Positions 46,101 to 54,000 of a DNA stretch of 64,000 nucleotides are shown here, piece after piece (within the stretch, counting starts at the first letter, position 1; the number at the start of each line of letters is the position of its first letter). The stretch comes from an uncultured Anaerolineales bacterium (GTDB taxonomy: Bacteria > Planctomycetota > Phycisphaerae > FEN-1346): the NCBI GenBank assembly GCA_964397995.1, contig CAYNLG010000007.1:4998-68997 (forward strand), given 5' to 3'. A model generated the notes under the pieces. It saw only the letters and a program-made list of their open reading frames with translations. It did no database searches and was not told where the DNA came from. The position numbers and the translations under genes were made by a program.

Positions 46101-48098
46101 CAGGTACCCCTCCATCGCCAGCCGCGCCACCGGTTGCCCCGGCGCCTGGTCGACCACCCGGGCCCGCATCCGCTTGTACTTCGGCGTGGGCGGCGGCTCG
46201 AACGCGAAGTCCGTCGCGCGGACCAGGCGGCCGACCAGCACCCACGTCGCCCGCGCCTGGGGCCCGAGGCGCGCCCAGTCCAGCCGGTCGGCCCGGTCCT
46301 GCGGCGTGTCAAGGCGCCACTTGATCGCGTCCAGGGCCCCCCACGTCAGGGCCCGCTGCCCGAAACTCTCGGCCGGGCTGGTCACCGTGCCGATCCGCCC
46401 GGGGACGAACGCGTCACCGCTCTCCAGCGTCCGCGTCGGCTCCAGCTCGACCACCGGGCCAAGGGCGCCCGGCCACAGGCGGTCGGCTTCGTCGCGGCGG
46501 AGGGTTTCGAGCCACCGCATGAAGGACCGGGCATTCCGCGTCTCGCGCAGGGCCAGGTGCCGGCAGTAGGGGACCGGCCCGACCGCCGGCCCGCCGTCCG
46601 ACAGGTCGAGGCCCAACAGGAACCCCACCGGCCGCGCCCCCTCCGGGGCCGCCAGGCCGAGGGCCTCGGCCACCGCCAGCCGCAGCTCGTTCCGCCGGCT
46701 ATGCAATGCCAGCCGCCCTTGGGCCTCCTCGTACTGGCGCCGGATGACGCCGCGCACCCGACCCCAGAGCGCCCGTGCAAGCGGTTCGCGCTCCGCGGTC
46801 ACGGGGGTCTCGGTCACGAGCTGGAGCTGGGCGTCGCGGAAGGCGCGGCGCCGTCGGTCGAGCTCCGCGATCTCCTCCTGCAGGGCGGCCTTGGCGGGGC
46901 CCGTGGCCTCGAAGGCGGCCAGGCGCTTCGGGCGGAGGTCCGTCTCGATGGCGACGATCTCGCGGTCGACCTCGTCGCGCACGTAGCTGTGCAGCGTGCG
47001 GACCTCGTAAAGCCCGGCCAGCGGGTCGCCGCTCGCCTCCAGCTCGGCCGCACGGGCCTCCAGCTCGCCGTACTCGGCGGCGTAGCCCTCGTCTTCCTGG
47101 ACGTCGTCGGCCCGGTCCCAGGGGAGGACGGCCAGGGCGGCCAGCATCTCCCGGCTGCCGCGCTGGTCGATCGCGAACCCGTCCAGAAACGTCACGAACA
47201 CCGGGCGCGGCGGGGGCGCGGCCGCCAACTGCCGCACCAGCTCCAGGGCGAAGGCCGCGTCCAACGCCGCGTCGGCCCCCGGCGCCTGGTCGGGCACCAG
47301 GCTCATCGCGTCCACGGCGACAGCGAGGCCGAGGGCCTTGCGGCCGTCGGGACCGCCCGCCGGGGGGATGAGCACGTAATGGTTCACGGCCTCGACCTTG
47401 GCCCAACGGGCGCGCACCGTCAGCCGCCCCTCCGGCACCGCCCCGGCCCGCAGCGCCGCCGCCAGCGGCCCGTCCGACACGTAGGCGCGCGGCATGTTGA
47501 TGGGGATCCACACGCGGTGCGACCGGAAGTCCTCCGCCGTCTCGGCCTCCGAGCCCAGCAGGAGGACGGCCGACGGGCCGTACTCGACGACGTGTTTCCA
47601 GGCCCCGCCACCCGTCGATTCCATGACGGCAATCTGGCCGCGCAGGCTCTCGGCGGGGATGTCGTCCAGGCCGCCCTTCCCCACGTAGACGAGGCGGCCC
47701 GCGAGGCCCTCGGCCGGCGTCGTGTTCAGCCGCACCGCCGCCGGCCACAGGGGATGGACCGGGTGGCGGCCGGCGTGGGGCCCGCCGGCGACCTCCAGGT
47801 ACGCCTCCTCGGTCCGCGGGACGGTGACCGTGAAAGGGTGCGTCCAGACCCGGACGCCGCCGACCGCCCGGAGCCGCTCGCCGAGGGCGGCCACGGCCCG
47901 GTCGTGGGCCTCGGTCCCGACGACGCGCGTCGAGAAGCCCGCGAGCCATTCGGTGTCGCGGCGGACGGCGGCGAGGTCCGGCCCATCGGCACCGACGGGC
48001 GCGGGCGCGGCTTCGGCGCGCGCCGCCCCGGGCCCCGCCGACACGAGCAGCGCAAGCGCGAGCGCCGCCGTGACCCGTCCTATCCTGTCCGTGCGCAT
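43152..48098 (-). CDS. 1648-aa fusion: signal peptide + PA/M28-like periplasmic domain + coiled coil + ~470-aa periplasmic region + 3 TM + MacB/FtsX-type permease + ~160-aa cytoplasmic tail
   Basis: ATG at 48096-48098. Signal peptide MRTDRIGRVTAALALALLVSAGPGAARA. PA-like LRGQIAVMESTGGGAWKHVVEYGPSAVLLLG. M28-like AVAVDAMS...PGADAALDAAFALELV...FLDGFAIDQRGS. FtsX TM1 follows RLGIANMRKRKLRTGLTGLTVVL. FtsX core is FNTMLSSIAERKKEIYIYTSLGL. The hand-derived topology is self-consistent. Confidence 0.8.
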   Translation of the reverse strand: MRTDRIGRVTAALALALLVSAGPGAARAEAAPAPVGADGPDLAAVRRDTEWLAGFSTRVVGTEAHDRAVAALGERLRAVGGVRVWTHPFTVTVPRTEEAYLEVAGGPHAGRHPVHPLWPAAVRLNTTPAEGLAGRLVYVGKGGLDDIPAESLRGQIAVMESTGGGAWKHVVEYGPSAVLLLGSEAETAEDFRSHRVWIPINMPRAYVSDGPLAAALRAGAVPEGRLTVRARWAKVEAVNHYVLIPPAGGPDGRKALGLAVAVDAMSLVPDQAPGADAALDAAFALELVRQLAAAPPPRPVFVTFLDGFAIDQRGSREMLAALAVLPWDRADDVQEDEGYAAEYGELEARAAELEASGDPLAGLYEVRTLHSYVRDEVDREIVAIETDLRPKRLAAFEATGPAKAALQEEIAELDRRRRAFRDAQLQLVTETPVTAEREPLARALWGRVRGVIRRQYEEAQGRLALHSRRNELRLAVAEALGLAAPEGARPVGFLLGLDLSDGGPAVGPVPYCRHLALRETRNARSFMRWLETLRRDEADRLWPGALGPVVELEPTRTLESGDAFVPGRIGTVTSPAESFGQRALTWGALDAIKWRLDTPQDRADRLDWARLGPQARATWVLVGRLVRATDFAFEPPPTPKYKRMRARVVDQAPGQPVARLAMEGYLAVLAPGHIQGPRFLPTYPAKTLGLRRWEAVRTGADGAAYFDLLPERFGTHKNERDQHTKRLLLAYQMAEDGRLIRAIDLLRVERGTTLALNPSDRNPTPLRGVVFTCTETALSGLRDPRFLAALRRGQMLDARSGSPPRRIQLALYEGQMAALTEHGLHWTLILQVAAGRNSTSFLNTLDPAAHPSVSTRGLMPGFPAGGGLPRHPAHQAARDLYRLDRRRLSTYARAGVTSEAIDALHARTGGLLEEAEAAGRADDGRALYAAASGALSNEIRAYQSVRDMANDVIRGAILLLLALVPFSFAMERLLIATPHIYRQIAGMLLIFAVMTALLWSFHPAFRISGQPLMIVMAFAIIFMSLLVLSVVYGKFEVGLEEARTGRAEASGARTSRFGVLVTALRLGIANMRKRKLRTGLTGLTVVLVTFALLCFVSSSSYVGRRRRTLDTPAPYTGVLVRQPGRRKLEGAADRLLEAALDAGRPQAVRAWWTRPNKSDWRVHVRNPATGRQVSLLAGLGLAPEEDAITGVGRWLPNWDRFAELADRLPHTAGCYLAESVGEALGVGPGDTVVAAGRPLEVVGLFDAGRFDREAKDLDGEPLAPVDYSALGEEMRQQLAKQDVSLLESELQGLEPEVPLPPVPGNQLLVAPAELLRPLKYTTVRSIVVGAADGEDAHAVADALAERLAFPIYFGSPEAGAGVVVTTPLLPQAPKSLLIPLVIAGLIIFNTMLSSIAERKKEIYIYTSLGLAPLHVGALFLAEAATYGLMGAVFGYVVGQGVATALASLGWLGGITLNYSGTQAVAVMLMVLGIVVLSSLVPAVLAGRLAVPSNRMTWRVPRPEDGRIRDTLPFTVTGQTAGGVLAFLLEYLDAHREGSIGSFTAAHARPLPPEAGALGLEATLWLAPYDLGVRQTLRLVIRPTEDEAVYEIDVDLTRESGQERSWWKLNRVFLGDLRRQLLGWRQLKMERVLDYIRDAKDLMGPAPAA

Positions 48099-48105
48099 CG
48101 GTGCC

Positions 48106-50109
48106 TCAGAACGGTTGGACCTTGATCGCCAAGTACGTCTTGCCGAGGGCCACCAGGACGGCCGGGACGATGCCCCAGATGACCGCCGCGAAGACCTCGC
48201 CCATGATCAGCCCCATCACCACCGGCCGCGCCTGACGCAGCAGCCGCGCGCCCCCGTAATGGACGAGGCCGATCTTGACAAGCCAGCCCAGGAAGACGCT
48301 GGCGGTGGCCTCGCGGCCGTAGAAGGTCTCGACCATGAGCAGACCGATCGGGTGGACGGGCCAGTTCGGCGACGCCAGGCACGCCAGGTACAGGGCCAGG
48401 GCCAGCCCCACGCCGAACAGGACATGGGCCGGCTGGTTGTAGGGTGGCTGGCGGAGGTAGCCGTCCCGCCACTGCTGGAGGTCCTTGGCCCCGCCCTGTA
48501 ACCGCCCGACGCCCCAGCCCGAGATCGGCTGCTGGGTGCCGTCGATGGTGGCCGTGTGGTGGTACGTGCCCCAGAGGTGGACGGCGCCGCAAACGACCAC
48601 GCCGACCAGGAGGACGGCCAGCATCAGCCAGATCATCCGCCGGTGCCGGCGCGGGCCCGCCGTGTCGTCCAGGCTGAGGGCGTGGGTTGCCATGACCGTC
48701 GTGTTCACCCGCGAGGTCAGGTTGAAGAGCATGCACACCACCGCCTGGAACCAGAGGCTGGGCAGGCTGATCCACGAGACCGGGGCCATCTTGACGAAGG
48801 CCGTCTCGTACCCCGTGTCGACGCGGAAGAACGCCAGGCCCGTCTCGGCCACCACGCGCGTCGCGATGAGCACCACCATCAGCGCGAAGACCGTGTAGAA
48901 GACCGCCCACGGGAGCTGGACCCCCACCCACAGCATCCAGGCGAACATGCCAACGGTGCCCAGGCTGAAGAGCCAGCCGGCCCGCTGGTTGCGGCGGTCG
49001 ACCTCGTCGCGCGGGCGGCGAACCATGGCCCGGGCGACGGTCGCCCAGTGCGACCGGCCCAGGTACAGGATCACCGCCGCCACCGCCACCATCGCCCCCG
49101 ACCGGTGGTCCGCGACGGTCCGCCAGTGATGCGGCGGGTTATAGGAGGCCACCAGCATCCGGTGGATGCCGTAGGCCAAGCCGATGAACCAGATCGAGAA
49201 GCCGATGCGGCTGGGCATCAGGAACGCCACGCCCACGAAGACGAAGTAGATGCGGCTCTTGACGAGGTAGCCGGGGAAGTTCTGCCACGGCTCGTCCGAG
49301 AAGACCGACCGCAGGTTCCATTCGATGGGAACCGCCGGCACGCCCCCGGGGTCGTACTTCTCCAGGCCCGCCAGCACGTGGATGACCATGACGGCGCCGG
49401 CGGCGATCCAGAACCCCTTGCTGCGGAAGAGGGGCGGCAACCCGTGCCCCCGCCCGGGGTCCTCGATCAGCGACTGCTGCACCGCCACCAGCGGGAACGA
49501 CAGACGCTCGTTCTCCCGCCACTGGGGCAGCACGATCAGCGCCATCCCCAGCATCATCATCCACGAGGCCGCCAGGAACACCCCCCACGCCAGCAGCGGC
49601 GGCAGCCAGGCGCCCCACGGCAACGCCTGCCCCGGCTGCAACTCCGTCAGGAACGCCTCCGACACCGGCGTGTCCTTGCCGAAGCCGACCACGTCCGGGA
49701 ACAGGCTGGGCGGCAGGGCCATCTGCTCGTACGCCTCGGCCACCTCCTTGTTCCGGCTCACCAGCACCGGCACGTTGGCGATGGCGTACGGCAGCAACCG
49801 CAGGAGGCCCTGCCCCGGCAGGACCGACCCGACCAGCAGCAGGCCCAAGACGACCGCCAGCTCGCGCGACCGCAGCGCCCACGCCGACCTCAGCGCGTGC
49901 AGCAGCGGGTTGACCCCGAGGACGATGAGCAGCAGGACGAACAGGGCCGCCACCGGCAGGTAGCTGTCGGAAATGAAGGCGTTGCCCAGGATGAAGTTGT
50001 TGTAGGGGGTCCAAACCCAGACGACAAGGCACCCGGCCAGGCCGATGAGCACGGCCGGCAGCCAGCGGAGGCGGCCCTCGCCCCGGTTGTCGGCCCCGTG
50101 CCCGATCAT
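48106..50109 (-). CDS. polytopic membrane protein (~667 aa), distantly OPT-like (possibly DUF6784/6785-type); first gene of the operon
   Basis: Its stop lies 7 nt before the next start. ATG at 50107-50109 (MIGHGADNRG); the track start at 50190 is a TTG alternative. About 14 hydrophobic segments, with ERLSFPLVAVQQSL echoing the LPFP stretch of 41126..43126. Confidence 0.75.
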   Translation of the reverse strand: MIGHGADNRGEGRLRWLPAVLIGLAGCLVVWVWTPYNNFILGNAFISDSYLPVAALFVLLLIVLGVNPLLHALRSAWALRSRELAVVLGLLLVGSVLPGQGLLRLLPYAIANVPVLVSRNKEVAEAYEQMALPPSLFPDVVGFGKDTPVSEAFLTELQPGQALPWGAWLPPLLAWGVFLAASWMMMLGMALIVLPQWRENERLSFPLVAVQQSLIEDPGRGHGLPPLFRSKGFWIAAGAVMVIHVLAGLEKYDPGGVPAVPIEWNLRSVFSDEPWQNFPGYLVKSRIYFVFVGVAFLMPSRIGFSIWFIGLAYGIHRMLVASYNPPHHWRTVADHRSGAMVAVAAVILYLGRSHWATVARAMVRRPRDEVDRRNQRAGWLFSLGTVGMFAWMLWVGVQLPWAVFYTVFALMVVLIATRVVAETGLAFFRVDTGYETAFVKMAPVSWISLPSLWFQAVVCMLFNLTSRVNTTVMATHALSLDDTAGPRRHRRMIWLMLAVLLVGVVVCGAVHLWGTYHHTATIDGTQQPISGWGVGRLQGGAKDLQQWRDGYLRQPPYNQPAHVLFGVGLALALYLACLASPNWPVHPIGLLMVETFYGREATASVFLGWLVKIGLVHYGGARLLRQARPVVMGLIMGEVFAAVIWGIVPAVLVALGKTYLAIKVQPF

Positions 50110-50577
50110 GGCAACCCAGTACCCGTTCCCGGCCCCACTGTAGCAGCCCCACCCGCATAAGCCAGCATTTCCCGCGGGGGTTCCGCACAAATCGCGTGAG
50201 CGCGCCTCGGGCCGGGGCGGCCGCCGTTCCTTTTGGGCTAAGCCTTTCCGCGGGTCTATCCGATAAGGCTAGGGCCCGGGCGGAAAAGCGCGGCCTTTTC
50301 GGGCGCGCCCCGCAAGGGAGACGGCCGCGGCCCAGGGCAACAGGGCTCCTCGGCGGGGCCGGGACTCAGGCGTAAGTCCTTGTCAGAAAAGGCATTACAG
50401 GAGACAGCCCACGGCCACCCACCGCTCGGGAGGCACGGAGCGTTGACAGCCCCCTTCCCGGGCGCATCTTACCGATGACGCACCGGCCGATGGTCGCCCC
50501 TCGCGGGCCGACGCCTCGGCTGACCCCAGCGGCACCGCCACAACCTGCAACCTCCCCTACGCTGATGGAGTCACACG

Positions 50578-50847
50578 ATGACACTCTGGAACCGCACCGC
50601 TCGAGGGGTGATCACGCTCGCGGTGGTCGCCGCCGTTCTGGCAGCCACGGCCGGCTGCAACGAAACCGCGACCCGGACCGCGCCGACGGCGCGGCACCCG
50701 GTCACGACCCTGGTGGCGGCCGACAGTGTGGGCCGCGCCGTCTTCACCGGCGACCATGCCGAGACGATCCTGGCGGCCCGGCGGGCCGACGACGGCCCGG
50801 CGCTGCCCGAGGCGGACACCCCGACGGCGTACGCGTCGGTAGACTGA
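50578..50847 (+). CDS. small hypothetical lipoprotein (89 aa)
   Basis: ATG is preceded by TGGAG. Lipobox MTLWNRTARGVITLAVVAAVLAATAGC. Convergent with tpsA. Confidence 0.5.
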   Translation: MTLWNRTARGVITLAVVAAVLAATAGCNETATRTAPTARHPVTTLVAADSVGRAVFTGDHAETILAARRADDGPALPEADTPTAYASVD

Positions 50848-50922
50848 TCCGGCGCCCTGCCCGACCGCCGGCGTCCGCCGCCGGCCCGCGAATCGCGCCG
50901 GCCGCCGCCTGACCTGACGTCC

Positions 50923-50966
50923 GAAACAAAGCCTCCTCCGCATCGCCGAGGGGTTGCGGAGGAGGC
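50923..50966 (-). terminator. intrinsic terminator downstream of tpsA (may also stop the convergent lipoprotein gene)
   Basis: Perfect 12-bp stem GCCTCCTCCGCA (50931-50942) / TGCGGAGGAGGC (50955-50966) with a 12-nt loop. On the minus strand it is followed by TTTGTTTC (50930-50923). It lies 51 nt after the tpsA stop. Confidence 0.65.
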
Positions 50967-51016
50967 CTCTCTGCGCCGGTCCCGGCCGGGGCCCGGCGCG
51001 GTTCGTTCCTTCAGGG

Positions 51017-54000
51017 TCAGGGACCGGTGGCCACCGCGCCTTCGGCCAGGCTCGGCCCGCCGGCTTCCACAGCCGCCTGCAGCTGCGCCGGCGTCGGGCC
51101 GCCCTCCCACCCGTCCGTCAGGCGGCCGAGCAGCGCACTGGACGCCACGGCATACTCGCGGTCGGTCACGCCGATGGTGCGGATCAGGCGGAGCAGCGTG
51201 GCGAGGTTGTGCATCGTCTGCAGCGCCGGGCCGTGCTCGCCGCTCCGGGCCATGAGGAACCCCACGAAGCCTTCGGGCGGGGCACTGCCGCCGCCCTGAT
51301 ACGCGGACCACGCCTGCTGGAGGCCGGCCCGGATCGCTTCCGTGCTGTCCACCAGCACGGGCTGGCCCGTGACCGGGTCAAGCCGGGTGGTCTTGAAGAC
51401 GGCGTTGTAGGCCTGGACGAGACGGCCGAGGGAACTGCGTGAGAATCGCGGCAAGGCGACCATGACGCGGTCCTGGCCGAAGTTGGCGCCGTAGTCGTCG
51501 ATCTGGCCGCCCGCTTCGAGCACCGACAGGAGCTCGTCGAAGCTGAGGTCGCGCGGCGTAAGGTTGAGTTCCTGGAGGAGGCGGCGGCCGGCGTCCGACG
51601 GCGACGCCTCGCCCGGTTCGGGCGGATCGACGCTGGCCAGGGCCCCGGCCAGGGCGTCCGACGGGTTCATCAGGCTCAGACCCTCGGCCATCAGGTCGAG
51701 CACGACGTTCGTGTTCATGCCGACCAAGTTCTCGGCCGTCAGCGCCCCCTCGTACTCGATCAGGTTGGCCGGGTAGTACCCGCCCACGGCCGCCTGGGTC
51801 CCCAGGACGTCCGTGACGGCGAGGGTGGCGTCGGTGGGGGTCGGCGTGCCCGCCCCGTGGAAGTCCATCTTGCGGGCGATCCAGTCCGGCCTCGCCAGCG
51901 CCGGGTACCGGTTCTCGGCGATGGCCACCTCCTGGATGTTGAGGACCTCGCCGAGGTCGCGGCGGAGGGCCTGGATGTTGGCGGCCCAGACCTCGAAGAT
52001 TTCCAGGACGTTGACGTCGCCGAGGGTCACGTTGCCGCCGCCCACGCCGGCGTCGATGGTCAGGTACCCGATGATGGTCATCTTGTCGTTCTTGTTCATG
52101 CTGACGTTGCCGCCCTCGGTGGTGATGGTCACGTCGCCGGCGCGTTTGAAGATGGTGGCGATGGTGGGCGGGCTGGCGCGGTTGGTGTCGAACTCGAAGT
52201 TCCCGCCGCCGGTGTGGAAGTCGCTGAAGATCTCGATGAAGCGGCCGGCGTTGTAGAGCTGGTCGCCGACGGTGGAGACCTGGCGGAGGTTGATGTCGTT
52301 GCCGGCGTTGACCGTCACCGGGCCGAGGGGCCGGTCGTCGCCGAGGCGGTTGTCGTAGGCCCCGTTGACGCCGTAGCCGACGGGCGCGCCGAAGGTCGAG
52401 TCGATGGCGGCGTTGATGACGAGGGAGCGCGGCGTGAGGAGGGCGTCGGAGTTGATCGTGTTGAACCAGACGTTGAGGCCGTTCACCACGGTGTTCGCCC
52501 CGAGGATGTCCGGGTCGCCGTGGACCTGGTTGCCCGTGGTGGTCACGAGGCCGCCGTTGATCAAGGTGCGGCCGACGCCGTCGGTGAAGAAGCCGCCCAA
52601 GCCGGCGTTGTTGGAGAGCGCCCCGAGCGCGTCGCCGCCGACGGCGCCCTGGAAGATCGTGTCGCCCCCGCCGGGGGTGTTGACGGTCAGGGCGTAGGCG
52701 ACGCCCGCGATGCTGTCGACCGTCTGGTTGAACGTCACGTTGCCCGGGCCGAACTCGGTGATCACGACACCGCTGTCGAGCAGGACCGGGTCGTTGAAGG
52801 TGATGGACGCCCCGTCGGTGTTGATGACGGGGGTGCCGAGGATCGTGTAGTCGGCGGCCGCGTCGTTGTCGGTGGTGATCGACTCGAGGCGCCCCGCGCC
52901 GCCGACCCAGTCGGCCGCCCCGTCGCCGAACCGCGTGATGCCGGCCGCGTTGACCAGCAGCGTCCGGTCGTTGGCGGTCAGGTCGGCGTCAAGTGTCCCG
53001 AGGAACAGGACATCCGAGCCGGCGTCCAGGATCGTGTTGGCGCCGAGGACGACGCCGTCCCGGTAGGTCTGGTCGAGAACGGTGACCACGCGGCCACCGT
53101 TGATGCTGGTAACGCCGGCGGCGTCGGTCTCCACGTTGTTCAGGGGCACCGCCACGCCGACCAGTCCCTGGAACCCCGTCAGCGGCGAGTTGACGAGCAG
53201 CGTGTACGGGCCGGTGCCGTCGCCGTCGACGCTCTTGGCAAAGTCGACGCTCAGGGTCCCCGTGAGTGTGGTGTTCGAGGACAGGTCCACGTCGTCGTCG
53301 AAGTCCAGGGTCGAGCCCGTGACGACGTCGGTATCGAGCGTCGTGGTGCCGGCCGCGTCGGTCTGCAGCAGACCCAGGGCGCCACCGGCGGCGTTGCCGA
53401 CGCGGCCGTGGAACTGGGTCACGGGGGAGGTGATGACGAGGTCGTTGGCCTCGACGGCCTCGCTGTCGACGGTGCCCGCGAAGTCGACCGACGTCGTGCC
53501 GGTCAGGGCCGTGTCGCTACCGACGGCCACGTTGTCATTGAAGTCGAGGACATCGCCCTTGACAAGGGCCGTGTCCAGGGTCGTCGTGCCGGGCGCGTCG
53601 GTCTGGAGCAGGCCCAGGGCGCCGCCGGCGGCGTTGCCGACGTTGCCGCGGAAGCCCGTGGTCGGCGAGTTGACGACCAGGTCGTTGGCCTCGCCGGCCT
53701 CGCTGTCCACGGTGCCGCCGAAGTCGGCGCTCGTGGTGCCGGTGGCCGTCAGGTCGACGCCCAGCGTCACGGCATCGTCGAAGTCGAGGTCGGCGCCCTT
53801 GACGATGTCGGTGTCGAAGAGCGTCGTGCCGGCCGCGTCGGTCTGCAGCAGGCCGAAGGCGCCGCCGGCGGCGTTTCCGACGCGGTTGTGGAAAATCGTG
53901 TCGGGCGAGGTGATGACCAGGTCGTTCGCCTCGCCGGCCTCGCTGTCCACCGCCAGCGCGAAGTCCACGCTGGTCGTGCCCGTCAGGGCCGTGTCCACGC

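Noticed and set aside
32268-50160. Long ORFs 32268..36188(+), 36326..38509(+), 41093..43222(+), 42936..44804(+), 45093..48125(+) and 48556..50160(+)
   Set aside because: All are antisense to the lipoprotein, DUF4954-like and ABC-operon genes. Their composition is biased and they have no start context.
51017-52280. Contact-dependent inhibition (CdiA-type) toxin tip
   Set aside because: I found no VENN or other pre-toxin junction and no small same-strand ORF between the tpsA stop and the terminator. It is kept as an unknown C-terminal domain instead.
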